Made by a program: the position numbers and the translations under genes
In this document: positions 18,423 through 28,031 of the stretch, one piece after another
Layout of the letters: each line of letters opens with the position of its first letter
Numbering within the stretch: position 1 is the first letter of the stretch
NCBI GenBank assembly: GCA_002869535.1
Contig: PKUK01000003.1
Coordinates: 231,347 to 295,346, forward strand
Direction of reading: 5' to 3'
Length of the DNA stretch: 64,000 bases
Source: Arcobacter sp.
GTDB lineage: Bacteria > Campylobacterota > Campylobacteria > Campylobacterales > Arcobacteraceae
The notes under the pieces: model-generated
Databases searched by the model: none
What the model saw: the letters and a program-made list of their open reading frames with translations, nothing else
Told to the model about the DNA's origin: nothing

Positions 18423-19604
18423 TTATCCTAATATTAATGATTTATATCTATTTATCATTTGTTTAATAGTAAAGTTTTTATTAAACAAATTGTACCCATT
18501 TTCTCCAAAAAATTTAATTTGGTCCTTATTGTCTAAAAAAAAGATTATTTTTTCTACAAAGCAATCAATATCTCCTTGTTCTACTAAAAAGCCATTAAAC
18601 CCATCTATTATTTGTTCTATACTTCCACCTGCTTTTGTTGATATTATGGGCATGCCTATACTCATAGCTTCAAGTGTAACGATGGGAAAACCTTCAATTT
18701 TTGAACTCAATAAAAAAATATCACAATCATTGTAATATTGAGATGGATTAGTAAAGCCATGTAAAATAATATAATTTTCTAAATTATATTGTTGTAACAA
18801 ATTTTTTAATCTTAATAAATACTGTTCATCTATTGATTTTCCCACTAAATGTAGTTCGAGATTTGTATATCCTAAGTGTACAAGTTTATTAAAAACTTCA
18901 ACAAAAAATATTTGATTTTTTAAAGAATACAAAGAAGCAACATTTAATAATTTAACCTTCTCACTAAAGTTATACTTTTTTTGTTCATTTAATTTTATTC
19001 CATTGTAAATAACAGTTATTTCTTGCTTGAAATTTCTGTTATCTTTTAAAATATTTGCATTATGTTTTGAAACGCATATGACAGTTGCTATTTTGTCAAT
19101 CATCATATCAATAAAATACTCTAACATTATAAATAATTTAAACCTAGGTAAGGATGCGGCACTATGTATGATATGGAAGCATTTAAGACTTGCAAAATAA
19201 GCTGATATTGTTGCACTTCTACAATACTCACCACCAGGGTACCCTCCATTGTTAGAAATAAAGTATTTTGCATCTAATCTTTTAAACTTAAAATAAAAAT
19301 ACACTATAGAAAATATTATTAGAGGATACAGAAATAATAAATTAAATACTTTTAATAAAATATATATAGTAAAAATATGTTTTTTACTATTTGAAAAAGA
19401 ACCTAATTCTGCAGTAGTAATAAGTCCATAATATATAATCTCAATATTAGAAGGAAGTTCATCTTTTAATAAATTAGATGTATCATTGGATTTATTTACA
19501 AAAAGGTATATCTTTTTAGCATTAATGTTAGCTATTATATCATGGGCAACCATATCACTGCCTCCTGCAATATAATTTTCTATAAAAAATATTATATTAT
19601 TCAT
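18423..19604 (-). CDS. GT4-family (GT-B fold) glycosyltransferase
   Basis: 393-aa ORF with C-terminal SSKIEGFPIVTLEAMSIGMPIISTKAGGSIEQI (EX7E-type motif). Confidence 0.75.
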   Translation of the reverse strand: MNNIIFFIENYIAGGSDMVAHDIIANINAKKIYLFVNKSNDTSNLLKDELPSNIEIIYYGLITTAELGSFSNSKKHIFTIYILLKVFNLLFLYPLIIFSIVYFYFKFKRLDAKYFISNNGGYPGGEYCRSATISAYFASLKCFHIIHSAASLPRFKLFIMLEYFIDMMIDKIATVICVSKHNANILKDNRNFKQEITVIYNGIKLNEQKKYNFSEKVKLLNVASLYSLKNQIFFVEVFNKLVHLGYTNLELHLVGKSIDEQYLLRLKNLLQQYNLENYIILHGFTNPSQYYNDCDIFLLSSKIEGFPIVTLEAMSIGMPIISTKAGGSIEQIIDGFNGFLVEQGDIDCFVEKIIFFLDNKDQIKFFGENGYNLFNKNFTIKQMINRYKSLILG

Positions 19605-20136
19605 TTATAAAATCTATATTTTTAATAATACGCGCTGGATTTCCAGCTACAATATGATAGTCTGGTATACTTTTTGTTACAACGGAGCCTGCGCCAATCA
19701 CACAATGCTTTCCTATCTTAACATTTGGCAGAATTGAAACACCAATACCAATCCAGCTTCCTTCTCCTATTGATACATCACCTGCTGAATAGATCTCTTG
19801 TTCTATTATTGGTCTATCTTTTATCTGAAAACCATGTACAGCATCACCTATATAACATCTATCTGAAATCATTACACTATCTGAAATAGTAACTTGATTA
19901 ACACAGGCTAGGGTAAGATACCGACCAATATAAACATCACTTCCAATACTTACAATTGGATTACCATTAGGAGATATACTAATCCATGCATCTTTATTTA
20001 TATAAGTTTTACTTCCAATATCTATGTATTCAGGATAATCTATATCAAATCCGGAAGCAATATAACTATTCTTACCAATTTTCTTAAATTTCTTTTTAAA
20101 AACTTTAAAATATAGCCTATGAAATATTCTTAACAT
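19597..20136 (-). CDS. hexapeptide-repeat acetyltransferase (WbbJ/LacA-like O-acetyltransferase type)
   Basis: 179-aa ORF with LbH repeats and a C-terminal IVAGNPARII motif. Confidence 0.7.
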   Translation of the reverse strand: MLRIFHRLYFKVFKKKFKKIGKNSYIASGFDIDYPEYIDIGSKTYINKDAWISISPNGNPIVSIGSDVYIGRYLTLACVNQVTISDSVMISDRCYIGDAVHGFQIKDRPIIEQEIYSAGDVSIGEGSWIGIGVSILPNVKIGKHCVIGAGSVVTKSIPDYHIVAGNPARIIKNIDFINE

Positions 20137-20944
20137 TCTTTTTACCTATATACACTAAATATGGACTAAATACTTTACTTTCTATTCCTTTTTTCTTAAA
20201 AAATAGTTTAAAAAAAGTATTGAAAATCTTATAAGTTCTGGAAAAACATGACAAAAATAAGTTAGCAATAAAACTTTTTTCATTGGTTAATAGGCCATAA
20301 TGAAATATGCCAAAGTAATTACAATATAACTCTTCTAAATCATCTCTTTGAAATAATTTTTTAAAACTATCTATTTCCATTATTTTAAGATTATGATGAG
20401 TCAATACAATAGGATTAAATTGTTTTGTCCAATGGTAATAAAAACCTCTTAAGTTTGGAATAATAACTACCAAATAACCATCATTTTTAAGAAGTTTCAT
20501 ATGACGATCAATAACATTATCTACATCATCAAAATGTTCTATAAAACCATTTGAATTTACAATATCAAAAAAATTGTAAAATTGCTCTATATCCTCTGAA
20601 AAAAAATCTGCCCTAATTACATTTGATTCATCAATATTATTTTTTTTAAACAAAATCTTATTTATTTCAGAACCACTCTTTGTATACTCTATACCAAAAG
20701 GTTGATAACCAAATTGTTTCTTAAATTGTAAAAGATTGATTCCAGGAGCGCTTCCAATTTCAACAACTTTTTTATTTTCTCCAAATGGTAAAAATTTATT
20801 TAGTAATACATCCCATAAAAAATAATTCCCATAATCATTTTTATCTAAACCATCTGTAGAAGAACTAGTAAATAAATTTTCTATATTTAAAATCTTTTTA
20901 TCATAGTCTTCATTCCATAAGTCATAATCTGTTAATTTATTCAT
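20117..20944 (-). CDS. class I SAM-dependent methyltransferase
   Basis: 275-aa ORF with motif I VVEIGSAPGINLL and a later DIVNSNGFIEHF block. Confidence 0.6.
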   Translation of the reverse strand: MNKLTDYDLWNEDYDKKILNIENLFTSSSTDGLDKNDYGNYFLWDVLLNKFLPFGENKKVVEIGSAPGINLLQFKKQFGYQPFGIEYTKSGSEINKILFKKNNIDESNVIRADFFSEDIEQFYNFFDIVNSNGFIEHFDDVDNVIDRHMKLLKNDGYLVVIIPNLRGFYYHWTKQFNPIVLTHHNLKIMEIDSFKKLFQRDDLEELYCNYFGIFHYGLLTNEKSFIANLFLSCFSRTYKIFNTFFKLFFKKKGIESKVFSPYLVYIGKKNVKNIS

Positions 20945-20946
20945 AA

Positions 20947-21723
20947 TTAAATCTTTTCCCTACTTTTTTTATTTAAAACAAATAACGAACCTTGAATTAA
21001 AAAAGGAGATAAAAAATTTACATATTTATATATTTTTTTTGATATTTTCAATTCTAAAGCTCTTAAACTATTTGCCTTTTGCTGTCTATACTCTATACTG
21101 TCAGTATTTAAAATATGACTACTTTGATCAGGGAAAAACCATTTAACAGGTTGATAATATTTTTTCATCAAATTAAGTGCAGAAAGATAAGAGAAAAAAT
21201 GTATATGTCCGATTGTTCGTTCTTGTTCTTTATAATATTGACCTTTAAAATAAATATTTCTCAACTTATCAAATAAATTTACTTCTAGTGGTATATTATA
21301 TATTGAATATTTAGAAATCTTACTAATCTTTTTTGCCACATCTTGATAATTAGGAATATGTTCTATAACATCAATCATAAAAATAATATCAAAGTCTTTC
21401 TCTGATATATCTAGTATATTTTGATTTATAATCTTTTTTATATAAGGATTATTTTTTTCTTGAACTAAAAGCATCTCTTTAGATAAGTCTAAAGCATAAA
21501 ACTCAACAGAAATTCCTTTTTCAATAAAGTACTCACAAACAAATTTACCAATAATTCCGGCACCTCCACCTACATCTAGAAGTTTTACAGTAGTATTTTC
21601 CTTGAATTTAACTGATTCTAAAAGTAACTTTATAGATGAAAATTTATATTCACTATCTTCAATATGTAAAGTCTTATTATTATCTATATATGTGCCATCA
21701 TTATAAATATCTTCTTTTATCAC
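20947..21723 (-). CDS. class I SAM-dependent methyltransferase
   Basis: 258-aa ORF with motif I LLDVGGGAGIIGK and FMIDVIEHI. Confidence 0.65.
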   Translation of the reverse strand: MIKEDIYNDGTYIDNNKTLHIEDSEYKFSSIKLLLESVKFKENTTVKLLDVGGGAGIIGKFVCEYFIEKGISVEFYALDLSKEMLLVQEKNNPYIKKIINQNILDISEKDFDIIFMIDVIEHIPNYQDVAKKISKISKYSIYNIPLEVNLFDKLRNIYFKGQYYKEQERTIGHIHFFSYLSALNLMKKYYQPVKWFFPDQSSHILNTDSIEYRQQKANSLRALELKISKKIYKYVNFLSPFLIQGSLFVLNKKSREKI

Positions 21724-21749
21724 TATTTATTTCCTCATATAATATTTTT

Positions 21750-22766
21750 TTAAATAAAATAACCATAATCTTTAAGATCTAACTCGTATCGTAAAGACAA
21801 TTTATTATTATCCATATAATGTTTCTCCAGTATTTCTTTTTTAAGATTTTTACTAAATGGTTTGTATTTAATATAAAATATTTTATCCAAAATATTTTGT
21901 AAAAAATATGTTAAAGAAATTCTATAGGATATAGAACGTAATATACGATAGGCTATAAAATTATTCTCAGTATATTTTTTATTAAAAAAATCAAGAAAAG
22001 GTTGTTCTGGTATCAATGGTAAACTATTTAATCCATTTGCTCTAAATCTATTTAATAAAAATGCGATTTTAGCGGACAACAAAGAAAAACTTTTATTACT
22101 ATACTTTTTTGTACTTGGATATACAACTTTTACACCAATAAAATTACAAATTTTTTCTATAAATATTCTTTGATTACTTTTCATTAGTTCATATGGAAGT
22201 AAACAAATAGACTCCTTACTAAATAATACTTCATATACATATACCATTTTCAAATAATTTAATGAATGAATATCTACATTGACACCATATTCTCTTAAAA
22301 GTTTAAAAGATTCAAACGTTCCTTTCTTATAATTTAGAAATTGACTAACTGTTTTATAATGCCCCTCATACAAAGAATATAAATAGGCAGATTCAAGTAA
22401 ATCATCTTGCTTTCTAATCGTAAATATAATTTTAGATTTTGGGAAAACATGTTTTAAAGCTTCTGCAATATTTTTTAGTGGATAATAATTATTAAAAGAA
22501 TCTCCAATTAAACCCTCAACACTAATTAATACTTTTTTTTCTTTTATTGTACATAAATAATTATCTATACTTCTTTTTCTTTCATCTAATATATCTATTA
22601 AATATGTATTTGTATATATGAGTTCATGAATAAAATTCATTATAGGATTGTCAGTATGATGTAAAAAATATTTTACATCAGTCAGCTCTTCAAAAACCTC
22701 TTGCTGTAAAAATGTTGTCCCAGTTTTTGGCATTCCTATGTGTATATATATCTCTTTTTCATCCAT
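21750..22766 (-). CDS. sulfotransferase-fold protein
   Basis: 338-aa ORF. IHIGMPKTGTTFLQ resembles the 5'-phosphosulfate-binding loop (PKxGTT) and IIFTIRKQDDLLESAY resembles the 3'-phosphate-binding RxxxxxxxS motif. Confidence 0.5.
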   Translation of the reverse strand: MDEKEIYIHIGMPKTGTTFLQQEVFEELTDVKYFLHHTDNPIMNFIHELIYTNTYLIDILDERKRSIDNYLCTIKEKKVLISVEGLIGDSFNNYYPLKNIAEALKHVFPKSKIIFTIRKQDDLLESAYLYSLYEGHYKTVSQFLNYKKGTFESFKLLREYGVNVDIHSLNYLKMVYVYEVLFSKESICLLPYELMKSNQRIFIEKICNFIGVKVVYPSTKKYSNKSFSLLSAKIAFLLNRFRANGLNSLPLIPEQPFLDFFNKKYTENNFIAYRILRSISYRISLTYFLQNILDKIFYIKYKPFSKNLKKEILEKHYMDNNKLSLRYELDLKDYGYFI

Positions 22767-22776
22767 ATCTATCTTC

Positions 22777-24336
22777 CTATAAATTTTTTAAAAAATTTGT
22801 AACTTCAATATTACTGTGATTGTAAATAGTTTTTTTCTTAAACGTCTCTATATCTTGAAATTTCTGATATTTTAATACATCTTTCAAATCTTCAACATTG
22901 TATATTGTTTTTACAAAATTTTCATTAAAAATAGTATCCTTTGCCACCTGACTTTGCCAATTTATACATAAATAGTTTACATTAGAAAATGAACTTTCAT
23001 ATATAACAGTACTAGCCTCTCCAATTACTAAGTCAACCATATCAATAGCTTTGTAAATACTTACATCTTTTAAAATATTTTGATGCGAAATTTTACCACT
23101 TAAAATTTCTTGAAAAAATAATTGATTCATATTTCCAGGGTGTATCTTTATTAGGATATCATCATTCTTTACTCCACATTGATTTAATATTCCTACAATA
23201 TCTAACAATATTTTTACTTGTTTATTTTGACTAACTGTAACAAATGAGCTAAAACCAGTAGGTGACAATACAAGCACTTTTGATTTACCCAAATTAAATA
23301 ATCTTTTACTACCCTTAATAGAGTTTTCTAAAAATTGAGGATACCCTACTTTATGGACTTTTAATTTTAAATCATTCGCCAAATATTTAGAATAATCATA
23401 TTCTCCCCAAGCAAATACTTCATCAACTTTTTCACATAATTCATTATCATATCTAGAAAAATCTCTAAATCCATGTTCCCATATGTATATTTTTCCAAAT
23501 CTCTTGCTTTTATAATATTCAAAAAAGATAGTTGCTAATTTTGAAACTTCTCTTACAAATATCGCCTTAGTTATGAGATTTTTTTCTATACTATTTACAA
23601 CTTTATCAATCAAGGCTATTGTCTTTAATTTATTTTCATCATATGATTTCTCATATATAACTTCAATAATACTATTAAAGTCATAATTAACTATATTTTT
23701 TAACTTTGTCTTATCTGTAAGAATAGTTTCATATGTATCTTCATATGAGACATATAACGGTTTATATAAGGACAATAAATTTTTTCCAAAAAACCTATTA
23801 GAAATAAACTTATTTGATAAATTTGAAACAACTTCATATGTTGAATGATATGTTTCAATAAATACTTTTTCTTTTCTGTTATATTTTAAAATATTGTTTA
23901 TATTTTTCAAAGTTTTTTTAATAATATTTTTAATCTTACCTTCTTCAAAGGCAGATGATTTTTGATAAGTTACAAAATTAAATTGATTTATCTCTTTTTG
24001 TGACTGTATTATTTTATGCCTTATATTTAATACTTCAACTAGATTAAGTATTGTTGAATCAAGAACATAACTTTTACTAATATAAATATTTAATATATTT
24101 GAACTATTTATCAAATTATTTGAAATAAGAAAAAGTATAAACTTAATATTCTCTACATTCATTTTATATATATCAAACGCAAGTATATTTCCTATAGACA
24201 TGCCATTATAAAGTGTATAGTCTATGCCATTTTTTTTATACCAATTTTTAGCTATTTTATACGAATCTTCTTCAACATTGGGAAATCGTTTAAAGTCAAT
24301 AAAATTTTCAAAAAGCTCTATATTATCTGACTGCAT
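22777..24336 (-). CDS. uncharacterised 519-aa protein; C-terminal half resembles a GT-B/KpsS/TagF-like Rossmann transferase domain
   Basis: No transmembrane segments seen. Pattern KVLVLSPTG...ILIKIHPGN...VDLVIGEASTVIYESSF resembles capsule/teichoic-acid-type transferase C-domains. Weak, pattern-level only. Confidence 0.3.
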   Translation of the reverse strand: MQSDNIELFENFIDFKRFPNVEEDSYKIAKNWYKKNGIDYTLYNGMSIGNILAFDIYKMNVENIKFILFLISNNLINSSNILNIYISKSYVLDSTILNLVEVLNIRHKIIQSQKEINQFNFVTYQKSSAFEEGKIKNIIKKTLKNINNILKYNRKEKVFIETYHSTYEVVSNLSNKFISNRFFGKNLLSLYKPLYVSYEDTYETILTDKTKLKNIVNYDFNSIIEVIYEKSYDENKLKTIALIDKVVNSIEKNLITKAIFVREVSKLATIFFEYYKSKRFGKIYIWEHGFRDFSRYDNELCEKVDEVFAWGEYDYSKYLANDLKLKVHKVGYPQFLENSIKGSKRLFNLGKSKVLVLSPTGFSSFVTVSQNKQVKILLDIVGILNQCGVKNDDILIKIHPGNMNQLFFQEILSGKISHQNILKDVSIYKAIDMVDLVIGEASTVIYESSFSNVNYLCINWQSQVAKDTIFNENFVKTIYNVEDLKDVLKYQKFQDIETFKKKTIYNHSNIEVTNFLKNL

Positions 24337-24362
24337 TAAATATTAAAAGCATATATTTATAG

Positions 24363-26150
24363 TCATTTTAATTCAAACCCTTTTTCATAATCAATTGTAG
24401 AATCCAATCTCGGTAAAAGCGCAAAACCAACCGTTTTAACTTGTTTTTCCCATATTTTTCTTCTAAACTTTTCATCCTTTTGTATTTTAAGAATAAGTAG
24501 TTTTAAATTAATTTTATTATTAACAGTAAAATTATCTATATTATCTATATTTTTAACTTGAAAATCTTTTATGTCATAATAAATAGAATTTATACCCCGA
24601 AATAATACTTCAAATCCTGAAGATGTATATCCTATAGTAATAGCAAGATTTTTATTGGATAAAATATCATGTTCCAATAATAATCCACCATCTAATACTT
24701 TTATATTTTCTTGATTCGTAACGTGATTTATAACTATTTCTTCAAAGAATTTTTTTTCAGATTCATATTTTGGTTTAATATTAACTTCACCATTTAGCTC
24801 AGTTATTGTATCAATGATATCAATTACAAATCTTTTCATATCTTTTTTCCCAATATAACTATTATCACCTATTTCAACAGGAAAAACTATTACTTTTAAC
24901 TTCGATAAATTATCATTTTTGTATAACATTGTTTTATTTAAATTAATACTATCATTAAAATATGATATCTTACCAATGTTAGAATATTCTGATGTTGTAA
25001 TAGAATTTTTCCAGTATTTACTCCAATAAATCATATGATCACAATACATGTAATCATATTCACAACAATCAACATAATATGCCCTTGTTTGATATGCAGT
25101 TAATTTTGTATTCTTATTTAACACTTTAATAGCAGTATAAATAATACTATCATGAATAAAAGGTGATCCTATTCCATTTGTGTGTGTTGAAAATAAAATA
25201 TTATCAACTTCGTAATTACTCAATAAGGTAATGTACGATAATTTCAAATTTGATATTTCAAAAATAATTCTACTTAACATAAATGAAGGAGAAAATAATA
25301 AAGACTTTAAATTTAATTTAAAATAAGAAAAAAAAGAGTAATGTATTTTCAGCTCTTTTTCATAAATCACTTTAAAGTCAAGTTTTGTTACAGCTTCAAT
25401 TTCTTTTTCTAAAATATATCCATTTTGATGGAATAAATTAAAATCACTCATTTTACAATAAAAAGTGATCTCATTTACATTACTTTTTTTCAATGGAAAG
25501 GTAATTCCATTTTCTAAATAATTAACACTTTTAGCAATATTTATATCTCGTATTATTTTTATTTTTTCTAATTTCTTTGTTTTAAATCTTATATTTTTAA
25601 TTAGATTTATAAAAAAACTAAAAAATAGAAATATATTTAGTACCTGAAAATCACTAGATATACATTGTATTTTTTGATATTGTTCTTTTTTTACTAATTT
25701 ACATATTAATTCAAATGCAACTTTTTTTGGTAATGATGACATGAATATAACTTTTTCAAAATAATTTTTATCTTCTTCATTATATTTAATAACAGATTTT
25801 AAACAAAAATAATAATAAAAAATATAGTTAATCATCATGTTCTTAAGAAGAAAACTCTTTTCTTCTTTTGTCAATTCTTTATATGCCAATTCTAAATAGT
25901 CAATAAGAATTGTTTCCATTATTTTACTTTCGGAATAACTTTTAAAAAATATCTTTGAATAAGAAGAAAAATTAATATTATTTGGAATTGTATAGATATT
26001 TGTGAAAAACTTTATTAATACTATTCGAATAATTTTTTGTTCACTTGGATCAATTTCATATATTCGTAACTTATTTTTTGGAAAATAAAAAAAAAATCGT
26101 AAAAAAAATCCAATATAATTTAATAATCCTGGAGCAATTATTACTATCAT
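24363..26150 (-). CDS. uncharacterised 595-aa protein; possible N-terminal membrane segments plus a GT-B-like C-terminal domain
   Basis: Hydrophobic N-terminus (MIVIIAPGLLNYIGFFLRFFFYF). The C-terminal pattern KVIVFPVE...VNIKPKYE...NLAITIGYTSSGFEVLF parallels the neighbouring 519-aa protein. Confidence 0.3.
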   Translation of the reverse strand: MIVIIAPGLLNYIGFFLRFFFYFPKNKLRIYEIDPSEQKIIRIVLIKFFTNIYTIPNNINFSSYSKIFFKSYSESKIMETILIDYLELAYKELTKEEKSFLLKNMMINYIFYYYFCLKSVIKYNEEDKNYFEKVIFMSSLPKKVAFELICKLVKKEQYQKIQCISSDFQVLNIFLFFSFFINLIKNIRFKTKKLEKIKIIRDINIAKSVNYLENGITFPLKKSNVNEITFYCKMSDFNLFHQNGYILEKEIEAVTKLDFKVIYEKELKIHYSFFSYFKLNLKSLLFSPSFMLSRIIFEISNLKLSYITLLSNYEVDNILFSTHTNGIGSPFIHDSIIYTAIKVLNKNTKLTAYQTRAYYVDCCEYDYMYCDHMIYWSKYWKNSITTSEYSNIGKISYFNDSINLNKTMLYKNDNLSKLKVIVFPVEIGDNSYIGKKDMKRFVIDIIDTITELNGEVNIKPKYESEKKFFEEIVINHVTNQENIKVLDGGLLLEHDILSNKNLAITIGYTSSGFEVLFRGINSIYYDIKDFQVKNIDNIDNFTVNNKINLKLLILKIQKDEKFRRKIWEKQVKTVGFALLPRLDSTIDYEKGFELK

Positions 26151-27232
26151 TTATTTATCCCCTTGTACAAAGTTGGTCTAAATTTTATTTCAATATATTT
26201 GAAAGTTACAGCAGATATAAGTATGGTAAGTGTTAATGTTGAAATAATTTGCATTAAGTGAAATATGATGCTATCTTGTATAAATGTACCATAACTATTT
26301 TCAGAAATATATTTTATCAAATAGTTACTAATCACAACTAAAATTGGATAATGCCACAAATATACACCATAAGAAATTTTTCCCAAAAACATTAATCCTT
26401 GCAAAAATTTATTTTCCATATTTTTTTTAAAATTAATTCTTTCTAAAAAGTATATTAAACACATAATAAAAAGAATAAGAATAATTCTTGCAGTAAAATC
26501 ATTATTACTATTATAGAAAAAATAAAAAAATAAATTCGAAACAGTAAAAGTAATCAATAATACTAATAGTGGGTTTAATTTTTTATTATCTATTTTTTCC
26601 TTATTTAATAAGAAATAATTTATAGAAAATCCTGCTAAAAAACAATACATGTAATTTAAACCAGTAAAATGTAAACTTATAAAAAATAAAAAAATTAATA
26701 ATCCATACTTAAACAATTTCATATTAGCAGAACTTTTTAAATTATTAAAAAATAAAAAAATAAAAGGTGCTAATAAGTAATATTGCATTTCATGTGATAT
26801 TGACCATGTCACTAAATTAATATTTCTGCCAGTTATATTGTTAAAAAAGAAGAAGTCACCTATAATTTGTAGAAAAGAAGGATTTGATTGTTCAAAAAAA
26901 ATAAGACAAATTATTAAATTAAAATATAGTAAAGGTGCGATTCTAAAAAACCTATTTTTATAAAATCTTAATAAATTTTCTTTATCAAATGTGTATTTCT
27001 CATTGAAAAATAATTTACCCATTAAGTAACCACTTAGTACAAAGAAAATTAAAACAAAATTAGCTCCACCCATAGGATAAATACTTAATAAGCTTTTACC
27101 TATAAGAGATGTGCTATTTTCTAATACTTTGTAAAAAGCATAATTTTCATAAGTTAGTGCATGCCCAAAAATAACACCTATAGAAGCTAATCCTCTTAAT
27201 ATAAGAAGATAATCAATATTTTTTGATTGCAT
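26147..27232 (-). CDS. acyltransferase family 3 integral membrane O-acyltransferase (OafA/WecH-like)
   Basis: 361-aa ORF with about 10 helices and an N-terminal LRGLASIGVIFGHA motif typical of the family. Confidence 0.7.
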   Translation of the reverse strand: MQSKNIDYLLILRGLASIGVIFGHALTYENYAFYKVLENSTSLIGKSLLSIYPMGGANFVLIFFVLSGYLMGKLFFNEKYTFDKENLLRFYKNRFFRIAPLLYFNLIICLIFFEQSNPSFLQIIGDFFFFNNITGRNINLVTWSISHEMQYYLLAPFIFLFFNNLKSSANMKLFKYGLLIFLFFISLHFTGLNYMYCFLAGFSINYFLLNKEKIDNKKLNPLLVLLITFTVSNLFFYFFYNSNNDFTARIILILFIMCLIYFLERINFKKNMENKFLQGLMFLGKISYGVYLWHYPILVVISNYLIKYISENSYGTFIQDSIIFHLMQIISTLTLTILISAVTFKYIEIKFRPTLYKGINK

Positions 27233-27238
27233 ACTTTA

Positions 27239-28006
27239 TTATACTTCGAAATAATTTACTAAAATCAGACGCTCACCTTCATGTAAAGCTCCTCTTCTAT
27301 GTAATCCTTTAGTATCAACAAGTATAACATCACCTTTTTTCCCTGTAAATATTTTTTCTTTAAAGCCAAATTTTGTTTTTAACCGTTCAACTTGATGAGG
27401 ATGAAAACAATTTAGTGAACCATCTAAATCATGCTGCCAATATATATGTTCTTGAGGATATCTCCATGCTTCATCTTTATGACTACCCACTAAATAAATA
27501 AAGGGAGCATTTCTTTCATCTACATCGCTTAAATACAAGAATGCTTTAAACCTATGGATAATATCATCAAAATGCCAACTATCAGAACGTCCAAATGCAC
27601 CAATTTTATTTGAATAATCTGCTATTCTAAACTCCGATTTAACATCTTTTGATACATAAGCTTTTGCTATATCATATATATCTTGATCATCAAAAAAGTC
27701 TTTTGCATACTTATTCTTTAAGTCAGCATTATCTAGTCTAAATTGTCCATCTAAAACACGAACAGCATCTTTCTCTACTTTTGAGAGTTGTTCCATACTT
27801 GGATACAAGTCATTAACAATATTATCAACTGTTTCAGTATCATAATAACTAGGAATAACCGCAATTCCATCTTTTAAAAGAGTTTCTAGTATATCTTTAC
27901 TTTTAGTAAGGGAACTATCTAACTTATAAGCTTTTTTCTTATATATACTTTTTCTAACAAGTTCATATGTAATTGGCAAAGATTTAACAAATTTTTTTAT
28001 TAACAT
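27239..28006 (-). CDS. phytanoyl-CoA dioxygenase (PhyH)-like Fe(II)/2-oxoglutarate-dependent oxygenase
   Basis: 255-aa ORF with WHFDD (HxD iron ligands), a later H in VDTKGLHRRG, and a cupin-like C-terminus. Confidence 0.55.
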   Translation of the reverse strand: MLIKKFVKSLPITYELVRKSIYKKKAYKLDSSLTKSKDILETLLKDGIAVIPSYYDTETVDNIVNDLYPSMEQLSKVEKDAVRVLDGQFRLDNADLKNKYAKDFFDDQDIYDIAKAYVSKDVKSEFRIADYSNKIGAFGRSDSWHFDDIIHRFKAFLYLSDVDERNAPFIYLVGSHKDEAWRYPQEHIYWQHDLDGSLNCFHPHQVERLKTKFGFKEKIFTGKKGDVILVDTKGLHRRGALHEGERLILVNYFEV

Positions 28007-28031
28007 ACTTCTCTTTTCCTTCTATAATATA

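Noticed and set aside
26087-26096. Homopolymer tracts as phase-variation switches: A10 at 26087..26096 (5' end of the 595-aa gene), T10 at 14255..14264 (KKKK in the DegT-like gene), and A9 at 60851..60859.
   Set aside because: In a genome this AT-rich, A/T runs of 9-10 nt are expected by composition. No poly-G/C tract longer than 5 (G5 at 45815..45819, C5 at 2286..2290) exists of the kind used for phase variation in Campylobacter. I note the tracts but do not claim them as switches.
22777-26150. The idea that the 519-aa and 595-aa ORFs are halves of one gene split by a stop or frameshift, like the four TAA cases.
   Set aside because: The two ORFs are in different frames and are separated by 26 nt. 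The downstream ORF starts with its own ATG, and both show the same C-terminal domain pattern independently. I treat them as two genes.
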